Source: Candidatus Omnitrophota bacterium
Lineage (GTDB): Bacteria > Omnitrophota > Gorgyraeia > Zapsychrales > JANLHA01
Length of the DNA: 64,000 nt
Assembly: GCA_022711395.1 (NCBI GenBank)
Contig: JAKLFA010000001.1
Span: 451,277-515,276 of the forward strand
Direction: 5' to 3'
A program made the position numbers and the translations under genes. Shown one piece after another: positions 18,831-28,751 of this stretch. The first letter of the stretch is position 1, and each line of letters begins with the position of its first letter. The notes under the pieces are model-generated. The model saw only the letters and a list, made by a program, of their open reading frames with translations. It searched no databases and was not told the origin of the DNA.

Positions 18831-19828
18831 TCGTTTTTAAAACGCCAATATTTTTGATCGTGGCTGTCGCTCTTCCATTTGCTGTCGGTTATTGGCTGCG
18901 GGAACGAAAAGAACCGGCATTGCGCTTCTCGTCGGTCGATCTTTTGCCCAAGGGACATTTGAAACAGGGCAAGGTGAGATGGATAAAAGTCCCTCGTTAC
19001 ATGAGGATTTTAGCATTGGCTCTTTTATGTGTGGCAATGGCCGGTCCGCGCTCGGTCTCCGAACATGCAATTTACAACACGGAAGGGATCGATATTGTGT
19101 TGGCCCTTGATATTTCGGGAAGCATGGCGGCGGAAGATTTTTCCTGGGAAGGTAAGCGGGTCAACCGTTTGGATATCGTCAAACGGGTGGTGGGGGAATT
19201 CATCAAAGAGCGGGCGAATGACCGTATTGGGTTGGTGGCGTTCTCAAGAGAGGCCTATACCGTAAGTCCATTGACAACGGATCATGATTGGCTGATGCAG
19301 AATCTGGAACGGTTGCGGTTGGGGCTTATTGAAGACGGGACGGCGATCGGTTCCGGTTTAAGTTCAGCGCTTTTGCGGTTACGCAACAGTGAGGCAAAAA
19401 GTAAAGTCGTGGTCCTTTTGACGGATGGCATGAACAATGCCGGAAAGATCGATCCCCGGCAGGCGGCTGAGGTGGCAAAAGGCCTTGAGGTCAAGATCTA
19501 TACGGTCGGCGCGGGAAGCCGGGGCCTTGTGCCGTTTCCGGTCCAGGATATGTGGGGACGCAAGGTCTATCAGAAGGTTCAGATCGATCTTGACGAGGGT
19601 CTTCTTCAGGGAATCGCCGATCAGACCGGCGGACGGTATTTCCGGGCGACGGACACGGATTCGCTGCGAAAGGTCTACCAGGAGATCGATCTTCTTGAGA
19701 AAGTCGAAATGGAGCAATATGGCTATCGGCAGTACAAAGAGCTGTTTGTTTATTGTGTCTATGCGGCCCTGTTCCTGATCGGACTGGAGGTTATTTTAAA
19801 GAACACATTTTTTTTGAAACTGCCTTAG
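18827..19828 (+). CDS. batA: BatA-like vWA-domain membrane protein
   Basis: N-terminal TM segments. vWA MIDAS motif DIVLALDISGSM. C-terminal TM. Confidence 0.85.
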   Translation: MIVFKTPIFLIVAVALPFAVGYWLRERKEPALRFSSVDLLPKGHLKQGKVRWIKVPRYMRILALALLCVAMAGPRSVSEHAIYNTEGIDIVLALDISGSMAAEDFSWEGKRVNRLDIVKRVVGEFIKERANDRIGLVAFSREAYTVSPLTTDHDWLMQNLERLRLGLIEDGTAIGSGLSSALLRLRNSEAKSKVVVLLTDGMNNAGKIDPRQAAEVAKGLEVKIYTVGAGSRGLVPFPVQDMWGRKVYQKVQIDLDEGLLQGIADQTGGRYFRATDTDSLRKVYQEIDLLEKVEMEQYGYRQYKELFVYCVYAALFLIGLEVILKNTFFLKLP

Positions 19829-19847
19829 AACAGATGGGATCGAGGTT

Positions 19848-20855
19848 ATGAGGTTTGAGCACTTTGAGGTCTTATATTTTATTTGGCTGATGGTTCCGCT
19901 GATGGCGTTTTTGATGTGGTTTGCGCGCCGTCGATGGAAACTGCTCGGACTTTTCGCGGAGGAGCATCTTTTATGGAAGTTGGCCACGCTGGATCAAAAA
20001 AGGGAAGGGTTGAAAGTCTGGCTTTTGGTCATTGCGGTCTCCTTGCTGATGGTCTCGTTGGCCCGTCCACAATGGGGGTTTCGTCTGCAGGAGGTCAAAC
20101 AGCGGGGAATTGATATTCTTCTGGCTATTGATACATCCAGAAGCATGCTGACCGCTGATGTGAGGCCGAACCGTATCGAGCGCGTCAAACTGGCTGTTCG
20201 GGACCTGATCAAAATTTTGAAAGGTGACCGCGTCGGGTTGATTGCCTTTGCTGGGGATGCGTTCTCGGTTTGCCCTTTGAGCAATGATTACGGGGGAGTG
20301 CTTTTGACGCTTGAAGAGATTGATGTCTCGACCATTCCCCGCGGCGGGACCAACATCGCTTCGGCGATCGAGGAGGCCATTGCGGTCTATAAGGAGTCGG
20401 ACGCCAAGGACAAGACCCTGGTCATCTTGACAGATGGGGAAGAACTGGAAGGTGACGCCCTTGAAGCGGCGGTCAAGGCCAAACAGGCGGGGATCAGGAT
20501 CTATACCGTTGGGATCGGCACAGCGGAAGGGGAACTTATTCAAATTCAAGATGCTTCCGGAAAGAAAATATTTTTGAAGGATTCGCAGAGCAATTTTGTG
20601 AAATCTCGATTAAACGAGGCGTTACTTGAAAAGATCGCGCTTTCCGCATCCGGGCTTTACGTGAGAGCGAGCGGCGCGGAATTCGGGCTGGACCGGATCT
20701 ATGAACAGGAGCTATCGCGTTTTGAGGAAAGGGATTTTAAATCGCAGATGAAGAAGGTGTATTTTGAGCGTTTTCAATGGCCGCTGGCCCTGGGGATCAT
20801 TGTTTTGATATGGGAAACATGCCTATCAACCCGGCGAAAAAGGAATCCATTATGA
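19848..20855 (+). CDS. batB: BatB-like vWA-domain membrane protein
   Basis: TM region followed by vWA motif IDILLAIDTSRSM. Confidence 0.85.
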   Translation: MRFEHFEVLYFIWLMVPLMAFLMWFARRRWKLLGLFAEEHLLWKLATLDQKREGLKVWLLVIAVSLLMVSLARPQWGFRLQEVKQRGIDILLAIDTSRSMLTADVRPNRIERVKLAVRDLIKILKGDRVGLIAFAGDAFSVCPLSNDYGGVLLTLEEIDVSTIPRGGTNIASAIEEAIAVYKESDAKDKTLVILTDGEELEGDALEAAVKAKQAGIRIYTVGIGTAEGELIQIQDASGKKIFLKDSQSNFVKSRLNEALLEKIALSASGLYVRASGAEFGLDRIYEQELSRFEERDFKSQMKKVYFERFQWPLALGIIVLIWETCLSTRRKRNPL

Positions 20856-21712
20856 AGCGCCTGAACGCGATCCTGTTGATATGCGTGGTCTGGAGCGCGG
20901 TGCCGACCGTTGTTCAGGGAGGAGCAAGGGGTGATATCCATCAGGGAAATGAGCTGTATCGGTCCGGATCGTATGCCCGGTCGATTGAAAAATATAACGC
21001 AGCCTTACAAAAGCAACCGGAATCTGATATCATAAATTTTAATCTTGGAAGCGCTCTTTATAAAACCGGTTCCTATAAAGAGGCGGCCGATCATTTTCAG
21101 AAGGCGTTGCTTTCAGAAGAGGATGCGTTGAAGCAGAAGGCCCATTATAATTTGGGAAACGCCATCTTTCGTCAGGGTGAAATCTTGAGTTCAAAAAACC
21201 CTCAATCCGCGTTGCCCGTATTGGAGCAGTCGCTCAGGCAATATGAGCAGGCATTAAATATTGATCAGACCGACGATGACGCGAAATATAATCATGAGTT
21301 CGTAAAAAAATTTTTAGAGGCATTGCGTCAGCAGGTCAAAAACCAGGAGCAGCAGAAGCGGGCTCAGCAAGATCGGCAGAAACACGATCAGGGAGAAGAG
21401 CCGCAGCAGAATTCTGGAAGTCCGCAGCGGGATCAGCCGCAGGCGCAAGGAGATCAACAGGCTCAGGCCAATCAGGCTGAAAAGCAGGACCAGCCGGAAA
21501 AGCGGGATGATCCAGCGCAAGGGGTTTCTGAGGGCGCGCAACAGAATGGCCAGGAAGAAAATGCCTTGGGACAAGGATCGAACGAGCGGACGGAGCGTTC
21601 GGCAATAAAAGCCCAGATGTCGCTGGATGAATATGAACGCAGCCAGGAGGGCAAGCGTTTTTTGAATTTGAATGAGCCTTTTTCGGATAGGCCGGTTTTA
21701 AAGGATTGGTAA
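20852..21712 (+). CDS. batC: BatC-like TPR-repeat protein with Gln/Glu-rich tail
   Basis: ATG at 20852 overlaps the batB stop. Signal peptide, TPR repeats, low-complexity QQ/EE-rich C-terminus. Confidence 0.75.
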   Translation: MKRLNAILLICVVWSAVPTVVQGGARGDIHQGNELYRSGSYARSIEKYNAALQKQPESDIINFNLGSALYKTGSYKEAADHFQKALLSEEDALKQKAHYNLGNAIFRQGEILSSKNPQSALPVLEQSLRQYEQALNIDQTDDDAKYNHEFVKKFLEALRQQVKNQEQQKRAQQDRQKHDQGEEPQQNSGSPQRDQPQAQGDQQAQANQAEKQDQPEKRDDPAQGVSEGAQQNGQEENALGQGSNERTERSAIKAQMSLDEYERSQEGKRFLNLNEPFSDRPVLKDW

Positions 21713-21732
21713 TTTTTTAGGTGTCTTTTACT

Positions 21733-23595
21733 ATGAACCCACATCGATTTTTTAAAATTATTGTTTTTGTATTTTTTTTCATGATGTGCACGGGCATTTC
21801 TCCGGGCGCTGCGAAGGAGATCTCCTTTCAAGCGGATGTCGACCGGACAATCGTCGAGCTGGGTTCTTACTTGCGGCTGACGCTTACGGTTACCGGTGTT
21901 GATGGGCTGGACCAGCCGATTGAATTGCCTCAGATCGACGGTCTTGAAAGCCGGCTGCTGGGTCCCCAGACCAGGGTATCGATCATCAATGGACAGTATT
22001 CGAGTTCCTATTCATTGGTCTATTTTCTTTATCCGCTCAGGGTCGGGACGTTTAAGATCCCGTCTCTGACGCTGACCGTTGAGAATCAGACGGTCCAAAG
22101 TGAACCAATAACCATAGAAGCCGTGGGGACTTCGCAGGCTCCTGTCGCATCCGGTTCCACATCTGAAGGCGGGGCTCAGCAGGGCATGGTTCAGCAAAAT
22201 CTCTCGGAGAGGATCTTCGTAGTCCTTGAGGCTTCCCGTAATGATGTGTATGTGAACGAACGATTTGACGTGACGGTAAAACTGTTTGTTAATGGGATGG
22301 ACGTCCGTAATATCAGTTACCCGCAGATCAAAGCGCAGGAGTTTTTTTTGGAGGATTTCCAACAGCCGGCTCAGTATGAGCAGGTGCTTGAGGGCGTGCG
22401 TTATCAGGTCGTGGAATTTAAAACATTCGCTTATGCTTTGCAGCCCGGGGCCTTTGATTTTGGTCCTGCGGAGGAAACGTGCCAGTTGGCGATCCGCGGT
22501 GACCAGGGCCGGCAGAAAGGGTTCGGCGGTTTTTTTGAGGATGATTTTTTCAATGATTTTTTTGGCCGGAATTATATTCTGCGCCCGTTGACAATATCAT
22601 CTAAAACGTTGCAGTTGACCATTCGTCCGTTGCCTTTGGAGGGGAGGCCTGCCGATTTCTCCGGGGCAGTCGGAAAATTCGTGCTGGATGCGGTGGCTTC
22701 TCCGCTTCAATTGAAAGTCGGGGACCCCATCACGACACGTTTGACGCTCGCGGGAAACGGGAATATGCGGACGGCGGAGATCCCGATTTTTAAGGAAAAC
22801 GGCGATTTTAAAGCATATGAGCCGCAGGTGACCGTTAAGGGGAACGTGAAGATCTCCGAGCAGGTGATCATCCCTAAGCATAGCGGGGTGAAGGCGGTTC
22901 CGGCCGTCTCGTTCTGGAGTTTCAATCCGGAAACGGCGCGCTATGAGGAACAACCCGCGGGGCCTTTTGCGCTGAATGTGGCCCCGCTTGAGGTGAAGGA
23001 ATTGCCGCAGATCGTAGGTTCTTCAAGCCGCACGCTGAACTTTTCCAACACCCAGGAGGACGTGCTTGGAAAAGACATCAGTTTTATTAAGGACCGTCCG
23101 GGACGTTTTTATGATCGCGGCTATCAAGCTTGGCGTTCGATTTTTTTCGGAACGGTTCTGGCTCTGATCCTCATGGGGTGGGGTTTCGGATATGTTTGGC
23201 ATCGGTTTAGTGTGCGGGTAAAAACAGATGAACGTTTTGCAGGGCGGCTTAAAGCGCCGTATTATGCCCGGCGGGGCCTTAAGGATGCTGAGCGTTTTTT
23301 GGCGTCCAATGACGTTCGGGGCTTTTATGACGCGATCCACGCGACCGTTCAACAGTATTTCCGGAACCGGTTGCATAAGCCGTTGGGCAGCATCTCTGCG
23401 TCCAATATCCGGTCCTCTTTTCAGGGGATTGGAGTGCAGGAGGATGTCGTGAGTTCCCTGGAGCGGTTGCTTGTTGATTGTGACGCGGCGCGGTATGCCT
23501 CCGCGCAGTTCAATCGTGACCGTATGGAACGGACATTTCAGGATTTGAGGCGCGCGATCGACCAGATCGAGCGTAAATGCCGGTTAAGATTTTGA
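21733..23595 (+). CDS. batD: BatD-like oxygen-tolerance protein
   Basis: Signal peptide, BatD-type beta-rich domains, C-terminal TM helix (IFFGTVLALILMGWGFGYVW). Confidence 0.8.
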   Translation: MNPHRFFKIIVFVFFFMMCTGISPGAAKEISFQADVDRTIVELGSYLRLTLTVTGVDGLDQPIELPQIDGLESRLLGPQTRVSIINGQYSSSYSLVYFLYPLRVGTFKIPSLTLTVENQTVQSEPITIEAVGTSQAPVASGSTSEGGAQQGMVQQNLSERIFVVLEASRNDVYVNERFDVTVKLFVNGMDVRNISYPQIKAQEFFLEDFQQPAQYEQVLEGVRYQVVEFKTFAYALQPGAFDFGPAEETCQLAIRGDQGRQKGFGGFFEDDFFNDFFGRNYILRPLTISSKTLQLTIRPLPLEGRPADFSGAVGKFVLDAVASPLQLKVGDPITTRLTLAGNGNMRTAEIPIFKENGDFKAYEPQVTVKGNVKISEQVIIPKHSGVKAVPAVSFWSFNPETARYEEQPAGPFALNVAPLEVKELPQIVGSSSRTLNFSNTQEDVLGKDISFIKDRPGRFYDRGYQAWRSIFFGTVLALILMGWGFGYVWHRFSVRVKTDERFAGRLKAPYYARRGLKDAERFLASNDVRGFYDAIHATVQQYFRNRLHKPLGSISASNIRSSFQGIGVQEDVVSSLERLLVDCDAARYASAQFNRDRMERTFQDLRRAIDQIERKCRLRF

Positions 23596-23602
23596 GGATA
23601 CT

Positions 23603-24364
23603 ATGAGTAAGACCATTGTCATCAGTTTGATTTTTTATTTGATCTTCGCCGGGAAGGTGTTTGCCGAGGAGCCATCCGCGGTCTTCGCAAAGGCGAACAC
23701 GGAATATCAGCAGGGACGTTATGAAGAGGCGGGCGGTCTTTATGAACAGATCCTGGAGTCCGGTCAGGAGAGCGGTGCGCTTTATTATAATCTCGGGAAT
23801 TCATATTTTAAGAAAGGTCAGATCGGCAAGGCGATCCTGAATTATGAACGGGCCCTGGATTTCTTTCCAAGGGACGCGGACCTTCAGGCGAATTATGCGT
23901 TTGCCCGTTCCATAACGAGAGGCCTTGATGAGCGGGGGACGGTGTTTGCGCGCTTTGCAAAAAGGGGAGCTCTTTTGTTAGCAAGGAATGAATATGCGTG
24001 GGTCGCTTTGTTTTTGCTGGGTGTTTTGGCCGGGGTCCATTTGATGAGCCTTTCTTTCAATTGGAGGAGGAATCTTCAAACGGTCGTGATCATGGTGGGT
24101 TTGTTGGCGTTGATTTTCCACGGCTTTTTTTGGGTTTTGCATGAGCGATTTTTTGCCCGTCGTGCGATCGTGCTGAAGGATTCATCGGTGTTATTTGAGC
24201 CGAGAGAAGGGGCGACGGCGCATTTTCAGGTCTACGAGGGGGATCCTGTTGAGGTTTTGAAAATCCAGGATTCATGGGGAAAGGTCGCGCGTTTTGACGG
24301 GAAGGAAGGATGGATCACCACGGACCATTTTGAACGGCTTCGGCGGGGTAAGACCAATCAGTAA
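23603..24364 (+). CDS. batE: BatE-like TPR plus SH3-domain protein
   Basis: Signal peptide, TPR segment, TM helices, C-terminal SH3-like SWGKVARFDGKEGWI. Confidence 0.8.
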   Translation: MSKTIVISLIFYLIFAGKVFAEEPSAVFAKANTEYQQGRYEEAGGLYEQILESGQESGALYYNLGNSYFKKGQIGKAILNYERALDFFPRDADLQANYAFARSITRGLDERGTVFARFAKRGALLLARNEYAWVALFLLGVLAGVHLMSLSFNWRRNLQTVVIMVGLLALIFHGFFWVLHERFFARRAIVLKDSSVLFEPREGATAHFQVYEGDPVEVLKIQDSWGKVARFDGKEGWITTDHFERLRRGKTNQ

Positions 24365-24383
24365 GCTTGCGAAAGGGGATGTT

Positions 24384-24956
24384 ATGAAAGGCATTCGGGT
24401 AATAGGGATGATGGGGGCTATTTGTTCCTTGTGCTGTTGCAGCTTTGCTCAGGAAACGGCGATCGAGTTTTGCCAGAGGATGTTTCAGGAGACCAAAGAA
24501 TGTCCTCAGCACAGTTGTGAAGTCGCAAAATGTGATGGTGAAGGCTGCATTGCCGATGCCTGCGCGCCAAAACCGTGTTCCAGTTTTTCTGTCGAACAGT
24601 GTTTAAATGAGTTCTGTGAAGTGATGACGGACTGCAGCGGAAAGAAGGTCTGCGGGGATAAGCATTATGATCCACCCCAGTGCGGAAAGCTGGCGTATGA
24701 TGGCCAAGGTGTTTTGTGCTGTGAGGGTTTTGTTCGCCGATGCGGGATCGAATTTTTTGATCACACATGCGACATGCTTGGTGAATATTCGGTCTACAGT
24801 CTTCCGATCTGCATTCCCTGCGGAGACGGCGTTTGCGCGAATTTTGAGAACCGTTGTAATTGTCCTGAGGATTGCCATCCAAAGGGCGGGGTTTATCAGG
24901 GCAGAAAATTTGAACGTGAGATGACGGAGGCTGAATCATCGCCTCAAGTTCCGTAA
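24384..24956 (+). CDS. Secreted cysteine-rich protein (about 30 Cys in about 165 mature residues), no known family
   Basis: RBS gaaagggg. Signal peptide MKGIRVIGMMGAICSLCCCSFA. Dense CxxC/CC spacing throughout. Confidence 0.6.
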   Translation: MKGIRVIGMMGAICSLCCCSFAQETAIEFCQRMFQETKECPQHSCEVAKCDGEGCIADACAPKPCSSFSVEQCLNEFCEVMTDCSGKKVCGDKHYDPPQCGKLAYDGQGVLCCEGFVRRCGIEFFDHTCDMLGEYSVYSLPICIPCGDGVCANFENRCNCPEDCHPKGGVYQGRKFEREMTEAESSPQVP

Positions 24957-24971
24957 CCGTTCTGACGGTCC

Positions 24972-25331
24972 TTACGGGGACAGGATCTTTTTGATTTTTT
25001 CATCCAGCTGGTCAAGATGGATCGGTTTAGGGATAAAGTCGGAAACGCCCACCTTGCGAAAGCCGCCTTCCATTTGTGGGTTGGCCGTCATGATGATGAT
25101 CGGTATTTTTTTTGTGGCAGGATTTTCCCTGATGGCAACCAACAGATCCACGCCGTCCATATCCGGCATATACACATCGGAGAGGATCAGGTCCGGTATC
25201 TGCAGGCGGATCTTAAGCAGGGCATCTTTTCCATTATGCGCTTCAAGGACATTATATCCTGCTTTTGAAAGGCCGGTGCGGATCATGGTCAATGTTGATG
25301 CGTCGTCTTCGACAACGAGTATGCGCGGCAT
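24972..25331 (-). CDS. Stand-alone response-regulator receiver domain
   Basis: MPRILVVEDDASTL ... DLILSDVYMPDMDG ... K. Confidence 0.8.
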   Translation of the reverse strand: MPRILVVEDDASTLTMIRTGLSKAGYNVLEAHNGKDALLKIRLQIPDLILSDVYMPDMDGVDLLVAIRENPATKKIPIIIMTANPQMEGGFRKVGVSDFIPKPIHLDQLDEKIKKILSP

Positions 25332-25417
25332 AGGGGGAACTCCTTTTAGGTCCATTGGATCATACCAATATTCTGTTTAAAAATCATTAGAATGCAAGAA
25401 AAAAATCTCAGCTGGTT

Positions 25418-26560
25418 TCAAGCGATGGCTGCCAGCACGATCTCGGCGGCTCGTCTGCTCGCGCCGGGTTGCCCCAGGATCTGCCGGGTTCTCTGGAGCT
25501 TTGTTTTTGTCTGACGGAATTTTTCCGGGTCCTGATAGATCTCCAAAAGTTTGTGGGAGATATTTTCAGGAGAAACTTGCTGTTGCAAACATTCTGGAAC
25601 AACTGTTTCTCCGGAGACAATGTTGGCTAGGCCGATATTTTTGATCTTAATGATGAGGCGGCCCAGGATGTATGTGAGAAAGGCCGTTTTATAAATGATC
25701 ACCATGGGTTTTTCAAGAAGGGCGGTCTCTAAAGTGGCGGTGCCGGATGTGACAACGCACATATCACAGGCGTTGACCGCGTTATAGAAATCCCCATAAA
25801 CGATTTTCAAAGGAACCGAGGAATTTTTGATGTGAGAATGGATCTGTTCGGTCGTGATATTCGGCGCCTGTGTCAGAATGAATTGAGCGTGGGGGACCTT
25901 TTGGGCGATGAGTTCCGCAGCTCCCAGCATTGGGGGAAGAAGGGTTTCGATCTCGCGCGTGCGTGAGCCGGGGACCAGGCCGAAGACCGGATGGTCTGCT
26001 CGCAGGCCGATGCGGGAAAGAAAATGCTCTTTTGAAACGGAGGAGTGGACTTCATCGACCAGGGGATGGCCAACAAACTCAACATGAACGCCGCGGTCTT
26101 CATAGAATTTTTTTTCGAACTTAAAGAGGACCATCATATGGTCCGTGACCCGCTCGATCAATTTGATCCGTCCGGCTTTCCAGGCCCAGACCTGAGGGGA
26201 GATGTAATAAACAACTTTGACGCCCATTTTTTTTAACGCCTTGGCCAGCCTTAGATTGAATCCAGGATAATCGACCAGGAGGACCACGCTAGGCTTTCGG
26301 ATGCGCACATTTTCCAAGAATTGGTAAAAAAACTTACGAAACTCCCCTAAATGTTTTAGGACTTCAACAAAACCGATAACCGCAAACTCTGTCAGGTCCG
26401 CGTCCAATTTGACCCCGCAGGCGGCCAAATGTTGTCCTCCAAGACCGGAAAAGGTTATGGAAGGCTCAAGCTGTTGAATTTCCTGGACTAAACGTGCGGC
26501 GTGAAGATCCCCGGAGGTTTCTCCCGCTACGACCATAATATGTTTTGAGGAATTCGGCAT
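25418..26560 (-). CDS. lpxB: Lipid-A-disaccharide synthase
   Basis: HIMVVAGETSGDLHAARL N-terminal LpxB signature. Full-length GT19. Confidence 0.9.
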   Translation of the reverse strand: MPNSSKHIMVVAGETSGDLHAARLVQEIQQLEPSITFSGLGGQHLAACGVKLDADLTEFAVIGFVEVLKHLGEFRKFFYQFLENVRIRKPSVVLLVDYPGFNLRLAKALKKMGVKVVYYISPQVWAWKAGRIKLIERVTDHMMVLFKFEKKFYEDRGVHVEFVGHPLVDEVHSSVSKEHFLSRIGLRADHPVFGLVPGSRTREIETLLPPMLGAAELIAQKVPHAQFILTQAPNITTEQIHSHIKNSSVPLKIVYGDFYNAVNACDMCVVTSGTATLETALLEKPMVIIYKTAFLTYILGRLIIKIKNIGLANIVSGETVVPECLQQQVSPENISHKLLEIYQDPEKFRQTKTKLQRTRQILGQPGASRRAAEIVLAAIA

Positions 26561-26728
26561 AGACTCGTAAAATCTCATAAATATGAAAAATGACTCCAAA
26601 AGCTTCCGCTAGAATAACAAAGAACTCGACAAAAGTCAATTGATGTGCTAATATTCTGACTTCATAAAATAAATATAAAATATTGATTTGAATAGATTTA
26701 TGTATTTTAAGGCAAGGGGACGGGGTTC

Positions 26729-28522
26729 ATGCAGGGCTATCTTCAACTTTTAAAATTTTTAAAAGGTCACAAACGGCTTTTTGGCATATCGGTCGTGGCG
26801 ATGTTTTTTTCAAGCATCTTTGAAGGGTTTCAGCTTTCTTTTTTGATTCCGATCACAGATAGGATATTCAACAACCGTCCGATCGTGCTCCCTAATAAAG
26901 TTCCAGAATCGTTAACGCAGGTTGTAAATTATCTTAACAGTATCACCCCGGAAGCGCTCTTTTGGAGCCTGCCGTTCGTGGCCTTGATCTTAATCATTGT
27001 GAAGAACATTTTTACATTTTTATACGGATATTTGATGAATGATGTTGCCCAGCGCGTTCTGAGGGATGTCCGGATGAACTTATATGAAAAGATCCAAAGC
27101 TTTTCCTTGGATTATTTTAGCAAAAAGAGGACGGGGGAGCTGATCTCCCGTATCACCAATGATGTGTCGTTGATCGAAAATGCCGTTTCCTATGCAGTCA
27201 CGGACCTTTTCACGCAAACGTTTTTGTTGATCACCTATGTTTGCATCGCCCTGACCATTCATTTTTATGCAGCAGCCGTGACGCTTTTGATCTTGGTCTT
27301 TGTGGTGTGGCCGGTGGGCAAGATCGGCCGAAAGATCAAAAAGCTCGCTTTGGGTGAGCAGCAGAGGATGGCGGACATCAATTCAACGCTTTTGGAGACG
27401 ATCTCTGGAGTAAAGGTTATCAAGGCTTTTTGCACGGAACAGCAGGAGATCAAGCGGTTTTATGATCAGAATTATCAATATTATAAGCTAAAGATGAAGA
27501 CGATCAAGCGGATGAAACTTTTGGCGCCGGTGACAGAGGTCTTTGGCCTGATGTGCGGGATCCTGATTATTTTCTGGCTGGGGCGTCAGGTGATGGCGGG
27601 GGACCTTTCTTTCGGTGTGTTCGCGGTATTTTTGGCATCAGCGTTGTCCATTGTCCGCCCGATCAAGAAGCTCGGTAACGTGAATGCGATTGTGCAGCAG
27701 GCGTTGTCTGCTAATGAACGCATTTACGCGGTCTTGAATGAGGAGCCGACGATTAAGGAAAGACAAGGTGCGATCGATGCTCCTGTGATCGCCGGCAGTA
27801 TTGAATTTAAAGGAGTGGATTTTCAATATGATGCTGAATCTCAAATCGTCCTGAAAGACATTAACTTAACGATCCATCGCGGGGAACTTGTGGCGATCGT
27901 TGGGCCCACCGGCTCCGGTAAGACATCGCTGGTCAATCTGATCCCGCGTTTTTACGATCCATTGCGCGGAGAGGTCCTTTTGGATGGCAAAAATCTTAAG
28001 GATCTCACCTTTCGTTCTTTGCGTCGGCAGATCGGGATCGTGGCCCAGGAGACGTTTTTGTTTAACGATACGATTGCCGCGAATATAAATTACGGTGGGA
28101 ATCATTCAGCGGCAGAGATTGAGGAAGCGGCGCGTCAGGCATATGCCCATCAATTTATTATTCAACTGCCCCATGGATATGACACGGTGATCGGTGAACG
28201 CGGCTTTCGTTTGTCAGGCGGCGAGAAGCAGCGGATCGCGATCGCCCGGGCCATTTTACGGAATCCGGCGATCTTGATCATGGATGAGGCTACCAGCGCT
28301 CTGGATTCTGAGTCCGAAAAGTATGTTAAAGAGGCGCTTGATGATCTGATGCGGGGCAGAACGGTTGTGGCGATCGCTCACCGTTTGTCAACGATCATTC
28401 AGGCCAACCGCATTGTTGTTCTGGAAGACGGGAAGATCCGTGAGATCGGCAGGCATGAGGAGCTTTTGGCCAAAAAAGGGCTGTATGAACGGCTGTATCG
28501 CACTCAGTTTGATGTCGAATAA
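26729..28522 (+). CDS. msbA: ABC exporter, fused permease/ATPase, MsbA-like (lipid A flippase family)
   Basis: Six-TM N-terminal domain. Walker A GPTGSGKTS, ABC signature LSGGEKQR, Walker B ILIMDEATSALD. Divergent to lpxB. Confidence 0.85.
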   Translation: MQGYLQLLKFLKGHKRLFGISVVAMFFSSIFEGFQLSFLIPITDRIFNNRPIVLPNKVPESLTQVVNYLNSITPEALFWSLPFVALILIIVKNIFTFLYGYLMNDVAQRVLRDVRMNLYEKIQSFSLDYFSKKRTGELISRITNDVSLIENAVSYAVTDLFTQTFLLITYVCIALTIHFYAAAVTLLILVFVVWPVGKIGRKIKKLALGEQQRMADINSTLLETISGVKVIKAFCTEQQEIKRFYDQNYQYYKLKMKTIKRMKLLAPVTEVFGLMCGILIIFWLGRQVMAGDLSFGVFAVFLASALSIVRPIKKLGNVNAIVQQALSANERIYAVLNEEPTIKERQGAIDAPVIAGSIEFKGVDFQYDAESQIVLKDINLTIHRGELVAIVGPTGSGKTSLVNLIPRFYDPLRGEVLLDGKNLKDLTFRSLRRQIGIVAQETFLFNDTIAANINYGGNHSAAEIEEAARQAYAHQFIIQLPHGYDTVIGERGFRLSGGEKQRIAIARAILRNPAILIMDEATSALDSESEKYVKEALDDLMRGRTVVAIAHRLSTIIQANRIVVLEDGKIREIGRHEELLAKKGLYERLYRTQFDVE

Positions 28523-28548
28523 TTTTCTATGGGTCCAGTATTTTTTAG

Positions 28549-28576
28549 TTGAATTTCAAAAAATCTTTGTTAAAAT
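28549..28576 (+). promoter_or_regulatory. Candidate promoter TTGAAT-16-TGtTAAAAT for rpsB-tsf, with about 175-nt structured leader
   Basis: ttgaat at 28549-54 and taaaat at 28571-76 with a TG extension. Hairpin catctt...aagatg in the 5' UTR. Confidence 0.4.
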
Positions 28577-28751
28577 AAATCACTTTTTACGCTGACCTGG
28601 TTTGTGCAAAGTGAATAGACCCGGTCGGCAGGGCAATGGGCCCAACTCATCTTATCCCATCATAAAAGATGAGATGTTCGCAACACTGCTTATTTCACTT
28701 GGCCGATTCAATGAATGGGTTTGGCCAATAAGCAGGAATCAAGGAGGATAT

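Noticed and set aside
19971-20549. 192-aa reverse ORF within batB
   Set aside because: Antisense to the vWA-domain coding region. No homology.
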